Source: Promethearchaeota archaeon
Lineage (GTDB): Archaea; Asgardarchaeota; Lokiarchaeia; Sigyniarchaeales; SOKP01
Assembly (NCBI GenBank): GCA_016839765.1
Contig: JAEOTP010000068.1
Location: 27,218 to 91,217, forward strand
Length of the DNA stretch: 64,000 nucleotides
Direction: 5' to 3'
The notes under the pieces were generated by a model that searched no databases, was not told where the DNA came from, and saw only the letters and a program-made list of their open reading frames with translations. The position numbers were made by a program, and so were the translations under genes. Positions 10,258 through 20,597 of the stretch are shown here, one piece after another (the stretch's first letter is position 1; each line of letters begins with the position of its first letter).

Positions 10258-13200
10258 TTAATTTTCTTCTACATTTGTAGGAACCTCTGATAAATCTAAA
10301 AGTCGCTTTGCTTCTTCTTCTAAATCAACACTAAATACATCCGTGATACCCGATTGTTGCATTGATACCCCATATATCCTGTCCGCATTTACAATATTCT
10401 CTTCTCTATGGCTTATAACCAAAAATTGGGCTTGCGTGGAAATCTCTTTTAGCAACATTGAAACTCTATGTGTGTTAGGACCATCCAACTGAGCATCAAT
10501 CTCGTCGAGAATATAAAACGGACTTGGCATAAATTCCTGAATCGCGAAGATAAACGAGAGGGCCACGAGTGTTTTTTCTCCACCGCTTAGAATTTCTAAG
10601 CTTGATATTTTCTTACCTCTAGGTCTTGCTTCAATGCTAATACCTCCTTCAAATGGTTTATCGGGTCTATCTAATATCATTTTAGCTGAACCTCCGGGAC
10701 TTAATTTCTGAAAAATTCTACTAAATTCTCTGTTAATTTCATGATACGCTTTCATAAAAGTCCTAGTTTTTTCTAATTCAATTTTTTCAATGGCATCTAA
10801 GATTGCTTTTCTTTCTCTTTGAATTGTCTGTCTACGCATATCTATCTCATCGAATCTTTCTTTAACTGTATCATATTGTTCAATTGCTTTTAAGTTAACT
10901 GGTTCAAGAGCCTTCTTCTTACTATTAGCTTCATTAATATCTGTTTGTAGACCGGTTTCCGATAAATCAGCGGTTACTTGTGGCAAGGAACCATAATCCT
11001 TTGATCTATGGTACAGTGTTTCAATTTGATCTGTTGTCATGATTTTTTGGGATTCATAATTATTTAATTTGGAATTTTCCATTGAAAGATCAGATTTTAA
11101 GTTATTTACAATTTTTTGATACGATTTTTGCTTTTTCCAAGATTCGTCCTTTTGATTAATGTAATCATCAATTTCTTCTTGCTTTAAACGTTTCTTTTCA
11201 TTTTCACTAGTTAAATTATCTTTTACTTTTTCAATATCTTCTACTAAAGATTTGATTTCTTTTTCAGTGTTTTTTATCTCTTCGTTAAGTGAAAATATTT
11301 TTTGTTCGCGCTCTTTATTTTTATTTAATTCATTTAGTTTTTTCTGAGATTTTTGTAGATCCTTATTAAATTTATTCAATTTACTCTGAGTCTTTTTTTG
11401 GGCTTCAAGCTCCTTGTTTTTCTCTTCGCGAATATGATCAATTTCTTTTTGAACTTCATCTACTTTTTTTTGAATATTATCTACTTGGGAATTGAATTCT
11501 TCAATATCTTTTTTACATACATCAATATTTTTATTGGCTTCGATATTTTCTTTTGTTAATTCTTCGATGGAATTTATCATCATCATAATATTTTCTAGAG
11601 CTCTCAGTTGATCCATTTTTTCCTCTAATTTCTTGTTATAATCTTCAGTTTCCTTTCTTATTTTCTCAATATTTACCCAATAATTCTCTTTTTCAGTTAT
11701 TAATTTTTCAATATTTTTATCCAAATTAGATTGCTCCAAGTTTAAATTTTTAATATTTTCTTGATTTGTATTTATTATTTCTTTCTTTTCCTCTATGGAT
11801 TTGTTCAATTCTTTAACACTATTTTCAATTTCTAAAACATTCTCAAATAAATTTTGAATACCTCGAAGATCTTGTAATTTTGATTGTAATTCTTCTAATT
11901 CTTTCTGTTTTTCATCAATTTGTAATTTAATTGCTGAAGAATTATCCCAATATTCATTTTTAAGGTTTTTTAATTTTTCTATCTCAGCTTTGTAATCTTC
12001 TTTTTGCTTTTCATCAATCGAAGTAGTCCTTTTTCGAATTTCGTCATCAGATTGTAAATTTAGTTGATTTATTTCTGCTATTCTTTTATTAATTTCTTCA
12101 AGTCTTTGATTAAAAAGCACTAAATTATCTGAATCATTTTTCTTTTGTGTATAAAATTCAGTTAATTTCATATCAACTTTATTTAAATCTTCATTTTGTG
12201 AGCTGATATTTTCGGAAATTTCCTCCAATTGTCTATATAATTCTTGACTCTTAGACATTGTTAATTTTCTTAAGGAGAGATATACGTTTTCTAAGATTTC
12301 CATTAGATCTTGCACAAAACTATCAAAAGTAGATGTAGATTGTTGAATTTCAACATCTGCAGATTCTTTTACTCTACTAATTAACTGATCTAATGTTAAA
12401 TCAACATTTTCGGTGAATAAAGTTAAAGTTTGTAAAATTGAGCTGAGCATTTGGGACATCTCTGATTTTTCTTCTTCATCATCGGTGACCCCTTCAACAG
12501 TTTTCATTATATCTACAACATCCAATACAAATTTCTTGAAATCTTCCGCAGAAGTTTCAATAGCTTCTGCATTTGACTGTTGGATGTTGCTTTTTATAGA
12601 TTCGACGGATATATTAATATTTTGAGTCAACATATTTAAAATCTGGAGAATTCCTGTAATATCTTCAGTATTTCTTTCATATTCTTTTTCTGAGTTTTCA
12701 ATTTTTGATAATAAATTTTCTTTTTCAGCTGCTAAGTCATCTAAACGTTTAGTGATATTTTGCTTTCGAGTTTCAAGATTTTTTCTCTCGCTTTCAATTT
12801 GAGAAAGATTTTTATTTAAACTACTAACTTTTAAATCTAAATCTCGTTTTTCACGCTCTAGGTTTGTTAATTCTCTTTTAGATAGTTTTAATTTAGTGTT
12901 TATATTATCTATTTTTGCTCTATTATCAAATATTTCAGATTGGATTGAATCTTGCTTCAATATTAATAGTTCTAATTCTTGTTCATTTTTTCTGTACGTA
13001 GAATCTTCAATATTTGCTTTTTCCTTAAGATTGTCCAAATTTTTGATAAGAATTTCTCTATTATCCATTAATTCTTTTAAAATTGATTCGGTTTCTTTTC
13101 CCTTGCTTAATTCTTTAATTTTATTTTCAATGGATAATTTTCTGCTGTTTAATTTTTGGATTCTATCATTATTCATTTTAATTTCAGTATTTATCGAGGA

Positions 13201-14706
13201 TAAGCTAGACTGTAATTCTGCGGATTTTGAATTCAGCTGGTATTTTTGTTCTTGTAATTCCTTAATTTTCGTTTCTAATTCTTTTTGTTTTTGATTTTCT
13301 TTTGTGATATTTCCTTTTAATTCATTAATCTTTTTCCTTAAATCTGCTTCTTCTTTTCTTACTGCATTTATTGCCTCATCGATACTTTCTGCTTCTCCCT
13401 TTAATTTATTTAGATCAACTTCCAATTTCTGTTTCTTTTCTTCATTTTTTATGATATTTTCTTTAAAAATTTTAATTTGGGCTTTATTGGAAGAAATATT
13501 TTGCTTTAAGTTTGAAATATCAGTTTTATGAGATGATTTCACATCTTCACTTTCGCTTATTTTTAATTCGAGTTCTGTTTGACTTTGTTGTTTTAGTTCA
13601 ATATCTTTTTTTGCATCTTCAATTTGATTTTCTAATTCAAGGATTTGATTATTTTCATTTTCAATTAACGCGTCAAACGTCAGACCCTCTTCAAGCTTCA
13701 TTAGTAAATTTTCTAAACTTTTTATTTCTTGAGATAACTTCTCAATTGATTTATGAGCTAATTCCAATGTAGTTTGATTAGAGGATAACTGAGTTTTCAA
13801 TTGGGTTATATTTTCATTTATTATCTCTCGATCTTTTTCTTTTTCTGTAATTGTCTTCTGTATATTATCCATTACTAAAGATTCTTGCTTTAAAACCTCT
13901 TCTTGTCTTGTTACTTTTTCTTGTAATTCCTCAATTAGTTTATTTGATTCTTCAACTTTTTTTTCCAAAACCTCTTCTTGATCTCTTAATTTTGAAATTC
14001 TTAACGCAATTAATTGTGCGTTATAAAATTTGATTTTTTCATCCAATTCTTTCCAAGCTAAAGCATCGCTTTTCTCTTTTTCTACTTTTTTAAGTTGTGA
14101 AGATACTTCTTTAAAAATTGCTTCAAATTGCCCTAAATCTCTCTCTGCTTTTTCTAATTCTTTTAAAGTAGAATCCTTCATCTCATCGTATTTCTGTAAT
14201 CCAATTAGTTCCTCAATAAAAATTCTACGTCCTTCGGTATTCATGTGAGTCAATTCTACTATTTTACCTTGTAATACAAACTGATTAGATCCGTCTGGAT
14301 CTACATTTGCAGTCGCCAGAGCATTAAGAATTTGTTGTCGTGTAACTTTTTTCCCGTTCATTTTGTATCCTCCTCCACCACCCCGTTTTATAGTTCGAGT
14401 TATTTGAAATTCATCCCCTCCTCCAGGAAATATCTTCTCTGAATTATCAAAAAACATAGTTACTGCTGCTCTTTGTGATGGGTTTTTGCCTCTAGAACCT
14501 GCAAAAATAAGGTCCTCAAGACTTTTTGCTCTCATTGTTTTTTTACTTAATCTTCCTAAAGCAAAACATAAAGCATCAATAATATTTGATTTTCCTGCAC
14601 CGTTAGGTCCTACTATACAAGTAAATCCACTTGAAAGTCGAATAGTCACTGTTCTATCTCCAAATGACTTAAATCCAGTCATGGAAATTTTTTTGATATA
14701 AGTCAA
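10258..14706 (-). CDS. smc: SMC ATPase, elongated, no canonical hinge
   Basis: GFKSF, Walker A GPNGAGKS, Q-loop VLQG, signature LSGGEKT, Walker B FYILDEIDAQLD; long coiled coils. Confidence 0.95.
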   Translation of the reverse strand: MTYIKKISMTGFKSFGDRTVTIRLSSGFTCIVGPNGAGKSNIIDALCFALGRLSKKTMRAKSLEDLIFAGSRGKNPSQRAAVTMFFDNSEKIFPGGGDEFQITRTIKRGGGGGYKMNGKKVTRQQILNALATANVDPDGSNQFVLQGKIVELTHMNTEGRRIFIEELIGLQKYDEMKDSTLKELEKAERDLGQFEAIFKEVSSQLKKVEKEKSDALAWKELDEKIKFYNAQLIALRISKLRDQEEVLEKKVEESNKLIEELQEKVTRQEEVLKQESLVMDNIQKTITEKEKDREIINENITQLKTQLSSNQTTLELAHKSIEKLSQEIKSLENLLMKLEEGLTFDALIENENNQILELENQIEDAKKDIELKQQSQTELELKISESEDVKSSHKTDISNLKQNISSNKAQIKIFKENIIKNEEKKQKLEVDLNKLKGEAESIDEAINAVRKEEADLRKKINELKGNITKENQKQKELETKIKELQEQKYQLNSKSAELQSSLSSINTEIKMNNDRIQKLNSRKLSIENKIKELSKGKETESILKELMDNREILIKNLDNLKEKANIEDSTYRKNEQELELLILKQDSIQSEIFDNRAKIDNINTKLKLSKRELTNLEREKRDLDLKVSSLNKNLSQIESERKNLETRKQNITKRLDDLAAEKENLLSKIENSEKEYERNTEDITGILQILNMLTQNINISVESIKSNIQQSNAEAIETSAEDFKKFVLDVVDIMKTVEGVTDDEEEKSEMSQMLSSILQTLTLFTENVDLTLDQLISRVKESADVEIQQSTSTFDSFVQDLMEILENVYLSLRKLTMSKSQELYRQLEEISENISSQNEDLNKVDMKLTEFYTQKKNDSDNLVLFNQRLEEINKRIAEINQLNLQSDDEIRKRTTSIDEKQKEDYKAEIEKLKNLKNEYWDNSSAIKLQIDEKQKELEELQSKLQDLRGIQNLFENVLEIENSVKELNKSIEEKKEIINTNQENIKNLNLEQSNLDKNIEKLITEKENYWVNIEKIRKETEDYNKKLEEKMDQLRALENIMMMINSIEELTKENIEANKNIDVCKKDIEEFNSQVDNIQKKVDEVQKEIDHIREEKNKELEAQKKTQSKLNKFNKDLQKSQKKLNELNKNKEREQKIFSLNEEIKNTEKEIKSLVEDIEKVKDNLTSENEKKRLKQEEIDDYINQKDESWKKQKSYQKIVNNLKSDLSMENSKLNNYESQKIMTTDQIETLYHRSKDYGSLPQVTADLSETGLQTDINEANSKKKALEPVNLKAIEQYDTVKERFDEIDMRRQTIQRERKAILDAIEKIELEKTRTFMKAYHEINREFSRIFQKLSPGGSAKMILDRPDKPFEGGISIEARPRGKKISSLEILSGGEKTLVALSFIFAIQEFMPSPFYILDEIDAQLDGPNTHRVSMLLKEISTQAQFLVISHREENIVNADRIYGVSMQQSGITDVFSVDLEEEAKRLLDLSEVPTNVEEN

Positions 14707-14876
14707 AATATTAACTCCATTTCATTAGTTATTTAGAATAAAGAATAAACATATCTATATATATACTCTTCATTCAAATAGAAAAGATTTTGCATTTTAC
14801 TTAAAATTAGTTATAATTAGAATTATCCAAATTAAACATTTGGATATATCCACAAAGATAAAAATTTTTTTAGTCC

Positions 14877-16070
14877 TTAAAATTTATTAAATATTGCATC
14901 TGCAATAGCTTTAAGTTGTTTTGGATTTATTGCCATAAAATAGAATTTATAATTTAATAAATTTTTTTGATCAGATTTTAATAAGGTTTGATCACTTCTT
15001 TTTGAGAAACTCAAAACTCCGATACTATGTAATGCTTTAATTAATTCATAAAATTCATCCATTCTTTTATTATATTCTAATGATTCACAAGATATATAAT
15101 ATAATTCCTTTAGTTCATCTATTGTTATATAATAATTAGGTCTTTTTAAAAAGAAATTCGCTAAGTTATCAAGAAAGATTAGAGTTAATATATCTTCTTC
15201 AGAAATATAAGTTAACATGGCAAACTCATCTGATAGGTGAATTGAATCAAATTGATTTTGAAGTATTTCAATAATCTCCAGATTATTTATAACATTTTGA
15301 TGAGCTAATATTGGATATAGTTCTCTTAATATCTCAACCCCTTTTCCCGGTACAGGAACATAATGTTCAAAAATCAAATCGCTTATAAATTCAATTAATT
15401 CTTTATCAATTCCATTGATGAAGGTTAAAGCAACTCGTTGTTCAATAATATCAAGAAGTTCATGGTAATTGTAATAGCTTAATTTTTTTTTAAGATCAAA
15501 TTTATTGATTAAATCTAGAGTTTCAGGTTTCAATACTTTATTTACAGTTGAAATTGAACTAATTTTTGATTCTTTTCCATATTGTAAGAATTTCTTATAA
15601 TATTCTGGTTTTAAATGCTCAATATTGTTGAAAACAAGGATCAAATTATTTCTAGTTTTGTTACAGATTAGTTTGAAAATATTCCATAATTCAGATAAAT
15701 TACAATTGAGGAATTGAAGATAATCAACTTTGATATTAGTAAAACTACTAATATCAGTTATAATGGAGAAAACAATTTCATTAATGCTTTTTTCTTTACA
15801 ATCTATTGGAATTTTTATGAAACCTATAAAATCTTCTTCCGTTTTAATTAGATCTTGTATAACTTTATTAATAATTACTTTTTTACCAATTCCTTGGATA
15901 CCTTGATATAATACGTTTAAATTAAACTCATCTGAAACTGAATCTTTCAGAATTGAATACAAGTTGACTTCTTCTTTCTTCCTATGTAAAATCTCAGGGG
16001 GAACATAATTAGGATCAAAAATAGCTTTTGGTCCAATACAAAAATTCATAGATTTTGATTTTCCAATCAT
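14877..16070 (-). CDS. Cdc6/Orc1-like protein with degenerate ATPase motifs
   Basis: FDPNYVPPEILHR N-terminus; Walker A GIQGIGKK; Walker B ILVFNN; probable C-terminal winged helix. Confidence 0.8.
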   Translation of the reverse strand: MIGKSKSMNFCIGPKAIFDPNYVPPEILHRKKEEVNLYSILKDSVSDEFNLNVLYQGIQGIGKKVIINKVIQDLIKTEEDFIGFIKIPIDCKEKSINEIVFSIITDISSFTNIKVDYLQFLNCNLSELWNIFKLICNKTRNNLILVFNNIEHLKPEYYKKFLQYGKESKISSISTVNKVLKPETLDLINKFDLKKKLSYYNYHELLDIIEQRVALTFINGIDKELIEFISDLIFEHYVPVPGKGVEILRELYPILAHQNVINNLEIIEILQNQFDSIHLSDEFAMLTYISEEDILTLIFLDNLANFFLKRPNYYITIDELKELYYISCESLEYNKRMDEFYELIKALHSIGVLSFSKRSDQTLLKSDQKNLLNYKFYFMAINPKQLKAIADAIFNKF

Positions 16071-16208
16071 TTTTTTTATTTTAGTTTTTGTTTTATATTC
16101 TAATAATTTATATTTAAACCCCCCCAGAGAGAGGGGTCATAAGAAGTAAAAATAAAGATCTAAATTATTAAAACTGAAGAATTCAGAGTCAGATTCAGAG
16201 TCAGATAA

Positions 16209-17021
16209 CTAAATTTTTTTTACATTGATCTTATTTTTTTCTTTAATTTCTTTAAATCTTAATTTTCTAATTTTACTTGGAAAGCTTAAATCAATATTAT
16301 CATAAAGAAATCCATTTGAATTAAAAGGACCTTCTGTAATTTTTAATTTTGATGGTGAAATATGACCCTTAATGAATGAAATAATCTTACTATTTCCAGG
16401 AAACTTTCTTTTAAAAAAATATCCAAAAGTATTACACCCCACTACAGGTATTCTGTTTTCAAGTGCACGCGCTTTTAAATAAGTCTCCCAATTCTCCATC
16501 CCTTCTTCTCTTATTTGCGTTGGAGAGAATAGAATATCTGCGCCATATTCAGCAGCTAATCTTGGAGTCTCAAAAAAAGCCATATCAAAACATATTAAAA
16601 TTGAAAAATTATTGGAGTTAAGTTTAAAAATTTTCAATTCTTGGCTCGATTCAAATTGCTCTTTTTCATATGAATAAAGATGAATCTTATCTTGGCGACC
16701 GATTTCTTCTCCACGATTATTAAAATAATAACTTGTGATTGCAGGTTTAAAATTTTTCTTTCTTTTTTCCCAAATTGCTCCAGAAATAATATTAATACTA
16801 TATTCATACGCAAGTTTCTTAATAAATAAAAAGTCTGAACCTCTTTCCTCTTGAAAATTATTAGAAAAATTTAATTCAAAAGGAACCCAACGCTCTGGTA
16901 AACAAACAATATCAAGTTTTTGACGGTTTTCTATCAATTTTTTCAATAAAGTTTCCACTTCAAAATAGCATTTTTCTCTATTTTGAAGAACCTTTGGCTG
17001 AATACAAGCAACATTAATCAT
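16209..17021 (-). CDS. Carbon-nitrogen hydrolase (nitrilase superfamily)
   Basis: E-K-C triad: CLPE, DKIHL, ICFD; ARALEN. Confidence 0.9.
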   Translation of the reverse strand: MINVACIQPKVLQNREKCYFEVETLLKKLIENRQKLDIVCLPERWVPFELNFSNNFQEERGSDFLFIKKLAYEYSINIISGAIWEKRKKNFKPAITSYYFNNRGEEIGRQDKIHLYSYEKEQFESSQELKIFKLNSNNFSILICFDMAFFETPRLAAEYGADILFSPTQIREEGMENWETYLKARALENRIPVVGCNTFGYFFKRKFPGNSKIISFIKGHISPSKLKITEGPFNSNGFLYDNIDLSFPSKIRKLRFKEIKEKNKINVKKI

Positions 17022-17029
17022 ATCGATTA

Positions 17030-17776
17030 TTATAAAGGATTATGTTTATTAATTTCTTCAATAATTGGAAGTATTTGATTTAAGTTTGTTATTTCATAAT
17101 CAGGTTTAAATTCAACTGATATTTTTTGACCGGTTTTATATGTATCATATTTCCCACCTCGATGTATATAAATGCTATGAATGTTATTTAACTTAGCTGG
17201 AACGATATCCTTGTAAATATTATCGCCAACATAAATCGTGTCCTTTCCATTAACTCCAAATTTTTTTAAAAAAAAAGAAAACAGCTTCGGATTTGGTTTT
17301 CGTATTCCAATTTCATCTGAAATTACGACTAAATCAATCTTATCTTCAATATTTAATCTCAAAATCTTTTCATATTGTTTTATTGGAATACCATCAGTAA
17401 TAATAGCAGTTTTTATAGATAAATTTTTTAATTTCTTTAAACAGGGCATTACATCATCATATAATTTAATATATTTTATTTTTTGAGCATGATAGGCCAT
17501 GACAGCCGCTGCGATATATTTATATTGTTCAATAAAAGAAATTGAAAGCTTTTCTATTTCATTCAATCTTCTAATGAAATAATCATAGTGTCTAGATGAA
17601 TTCGAACCATATTCTTCTACAATTTCTTTTATTAAAAGGATTGCTTTCTCGCGATCTATATCTAACCCCAAATTTATCATCGCATCTATTCCTTTTATTC
17701 TAGCTTTTTCAGAAAGTCCCGTTGAATCAAAGAGACAATCATCCAAGTCAAAACCTACTAATTTAATAGCACACAT
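17030..17776 (-). CDS. HAD-superfamily hydrolase, archaeal subfamily IA
   Basis: FDLDDCL, ITDG, KPNP, YVGDNIYKDI. Confidence 0.9.
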   Translation of the reverse strand: MCAIKLVGFDLDDCLFDSTGLSEKARIKGIDAMINLGLDIDREKAILLIKEIVEEYGSNSSRHYDYFIRRLNEIEKLSISFIEQYKYIAAAVMAYHAQKIKYIKLYDDVMPCLKKLKNLSIKTAIITDGIPIKQYEKILRLNIEDKIDLVVISDEIGIRKPNPKLFSFFLKKFGVNGKDTIYVGDNIYKDIVPAKLNNIHSIYIHRGGKYDTYKTGQKISVEFKPDYEITNLNQILPIIEEINKHNPL

Positions 17777-17905
17777 GATTGTTAGTTTAATAATAACTCT
17801 ATTGATATTTATTAATATAATTATAATTAATAGATGTTAAACCAAAGATAAATTTATTATTCCTTTAAATATTAAAAAAAAAAATAACAAAAACAAAATT
17901 AATTT

Positions 17906-18742
17906 TTACATTTTAGCATATTTAGGTTTTGTAATGAAACCAAGGAATATCACAAAATTTACGATAATTGTAACAACTTCAGCTATAACAATCATAGATG
18001 GGTTCTCTAAGGCAATTGAAGTTATAATTGATCTTATTAAACTACTAGCAATTAGGCAAAGAAAAGCAATACCAATTAATAATGCATTTGCTTGAGATAA
18101 TCTTTTATTCTTATACATAAAGAAAAACATAATTGCTAACAATAAATAAATCCCTATAGTAAAATAAGGAAGGGCAAAAATAAGAGCACTCAATGTTGGG
18201 GCAATTATTATAATAAACAACATTATTGATAAATAGATACCAATAATCCCCAATCTTATCTTATTAAACTGTGATTTATTTACATTTTTTACATAAGCAC
18301 TTACAAGAGCCAATGTTGTTTCTAATCCAATATAAAGAACAGGTATGATATTTATGGTCACGATAAGATATCTAATTTTAGTTATGAGCAACACGAATTC
18401 AGCAGTAGCATTTTCACTAACAACAATTAAATTGTTATATATATCATAAATCTTCCCAACTATTAAAACTGAGAAAAATAAAGCAAATAAAAAATAGGCA
18501 TCTGAAGTATATATTGTCTCTTGTTTAAACCACTTAGCAAAGAGAATAGAACTCATTATTACTAAAATAATTATCCTAATAATCCCAGATATAACCGCAA
18601 GCCATGCACCCTCAACTAGATTTAATACAATTACCAATTCATTCCAAGAAAAAGCAAATAATAGGCCAAATCCAGATCCTATAAAAAAACCTGCTATAGC
18701 TAAATAAGATTTAAATCTTTTTTTCTTTTCCATTTTATTCAC
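17906..18742 (-). CDS. Multi-pass (about 7-8 TM) membrane protein, unknown function
   Basis: 278-aa ORF with repeated hydrophobic helices. Confidence 0.75.
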   Translation of the reverse strand: MNKMEKKKRFKSYLAIAGFFIGSGFGLLFAFSWNELVIVLNLVEGAWLAVISGIIRIIILVIMSSILFAKWFKQETIYTSDAYFLFALFFSVLIVGKIYDIYNNLIVVSENATAEFVLLITKIRYLIVTINIIPVLYIGLETTLALVSAYVKNVNKSQFNKIRLGIIGIYLSIMLFIIIIAPTLSALIFALPYFTIGIYLLLAIMFFFMYKNKRLSQANALLIGIAFLCLIASSLIRSIITSIALENPSMIVIAEVVTIIVNFVIFLGFITKPKYAKM

Positions 18743-19101
18743 TATTATAGAATGGTTATTATGAATTCACTAAGAATTCATAAAGATATTTATTATAAAA
18801 CTATAAAAAGCCAGATATTTTTAATAACGATTTTAAAAGTTAGGAGATAAATGTTTTTTATACAAACATTTTTATCTAAATTGCCTTATTGCGTTAAAGA
18901 GGATAAATACTGATGAATGATCACCAAGTAAGATTAATATATTAAATCTATTATATACCTACATGAGAAATAATTTTAAATAAAAGTAAGGAAAAATTTT
19001 TAAATTAAATAAATCTTAATTATTAATTTATTCTTTATTATACTATTAAAAAATTAATATTATACATTATTGAGATAAAAACTTTTATGGAGTAATAATA
19101 A

Positions 19102-20262
19102 TTGTCCACTATTGTTGCTTTATCATATTTTCACCGAAAAATTGGTCCATTAGTATTCTATTCTTATCCAAGTGTTATGCTAGATGACCAGTTGTCAATT
19201 AGAATTGCTAATATTATGGATCAGACTGTTAGTGAAGGTTTTTTTACACACTCATTCGAAAATAAAAATTCTATGAATTTTTATTTTGAAATACATTCAG
19301 ATTGGAATCGCGGAAATAAAGAAATGTTAATGATTTCAATTATTCTTGATCGTCATACATCACCAGAGATAGAGCAAAATATTTCAACACTTTGTACTGA
19401 ATTCTCTGAAAAACTTCAATCAAATGAGGAAATTTTTACTGCTTTTTACGTAAATGATGTAAATAATTTTGATGAGACTGATAAAGAGTTAATCTTAAAA
19501 AATAATTCTTCAATAAAAACCTGGGTTAAAGAGCTATACTGGGCTACACTCGAAGAAACAAGAGAAAAAAGTGAAGAAGAAAAAATTGCCATATTATTGA
19601 ATAAAGAACATATATTTTCAACGTTAAAAAAGCTATCAAAAGGACCTATAACTTTAGAGGGATTGAATGAGTGGTTTAATGAGATTTTCCCTGATTTAAA
19701 TTTCAATGATTTAATTGACCTTTTAGCAGAAAAACAATTTATTTTTATAAACCAAATCGGGATTGTAGAAAAATACATTTTATTAGTAAAAGAAGTTAAT
19801 GCTGAAAGAATACCTCCCGATAGTGTTATCGAGTATATTGATGAGACTCCAGAACAAATCGAAAGAGAACTAATTGACTTACTAATCCCAAAAGTGCAAG
19901 AATATTTTAGTATTTATGAAAATAAAAGCAAAAAAGAACTAGAAGAAGATACTCTAACATTATTCCAGATAATATCTGATGCACGAAAATATAACGTTCT
20001 TTCAGAATTAAGGAATGGTTTAATATCAAAAGACAAACTTCCGAAGCTTGTTTCAAAGAGAACTCTTGACAACTTAAATACTTCATTAGATTTTTTGAAA
20101 AAATATGATGTCATCGAAGAATTAAAGTATAAAAATGAAACTTATATAGTACTAAAAACAAATATTCAAATTACAACAACATTTCCCGAATATTTGAGGA
20201 AACTTTTACCAAAAGAAAGCAAACCTGTTGTAGCGAAAAAATATATTCCAAAAAATCGCTAA
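19102..20262 (+). CDS. Longin/uDENN + winged-helix protein (NPRL2-like eukaryotic-signature protein)
   Basis: N-terminal LSYFHRKIGPLVFYSYP resembles the NPRL2/uDENN F-H-xx-GP motif; two WH-like segments downstream. Confidence 0.65.
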   Translation: MSTIVALSYFHRKIGPLVFYSYPSVMLDDQLSIRIANIMDQTVSEGFFTHSFENKNSMNFYFEIHSDWNRGNKEMLMISIILDRHTSPEIEQNISTLCTEFSEKLQSNEEIFTAFYVNDVNNFDETDKELILKNNSSIKTWVKELYWATLEETREKSEEEKIAILLNKEHIFSTLKKLSKGPITLEGLNEWFNEIFPDLNFNDLIDLLAEKQFIFINQIGIVEKYILLVKEVNAERIPPDSVIEYIDETPEQIERELIDLLIPKVQEYFSIYENKSKKELEEDTLTLFQIISDARKYNVLSELRNGLISKDKLPKLVSKRTLDNLNTSLDFLKKYDVIEELKYKNETYIVLKTNIQITTTFPEYLRKLLPKESKPVVAKKYIPKNR

Positions 20263-20331
20263 ATCAATCTCTATTTAAGTAGGTTTTGAATTTTAGAAAA
20301 TTAATTCAATAAAGAATAATATAGAAGATTT

Positions 20332-20589
20332 GTGATGAAGAAGGGGGATGAATCTCCTGAGGATATAAAATATCTTTTAGGAAATATGGGAATTGAAATT
20401 CTATATGCGATAGAAAGAGGAGCAAAAGATCTTGAAACAATCAAATTATTTTCGGGAGTTTCAATGGAATGTATTAAAGGAAGACTTCCTGTGTTAATGG
20501 ATCTGAACCTTATTGAAAAAAAAGAAAGAGGCTTTTCTTTAACATTGAAAGGATTTGATTTTAAAAAAAGGATTGAAAAATCTGATTAA
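20332..20589 (+). CDS. Small winged-helix protein
   Basis: ILYAI...RLPVLMDLNLIE...FSLTLKG wHTH pattern. Confidence 0.65.
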   Translation: MMKKGDESPEDIKYLLGNMGIEILYAIERGAKDLETIKLFSGVSMECIKGRLPVLMDLNLIEKKERGFSLTLKGFDFKKRIEKSD

Positions 20590-20597
20590 TTTAAATT

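Noticed and set aside
12413-14701. Plus-strand ORFs antisense to smc, and similar shadow ORFs throughout the track
   Set aside because: F/S/L/I-rich antisense by-products of K/E-rich genes, fully overlapping confident CDSs.
16071-16208. Replication origin next to the cdc6-like gene (C7/G4 inverted run at 16118-16137; 12-nt tandem ATTCAGAGTCAG x2 at 16181-16204)
   Set aside because: No ORB consensus (TCCA-TGGAAA) repeats, the spacer is only ~140 nt, and the adjacent protein is degenerate.
18843-18935. AT-rich hairpin and TGATGA/CTGA words as a C/D sRNA
   Set aside because: The boxes are in the wrong order or overlapping, and there is no convincing guide.
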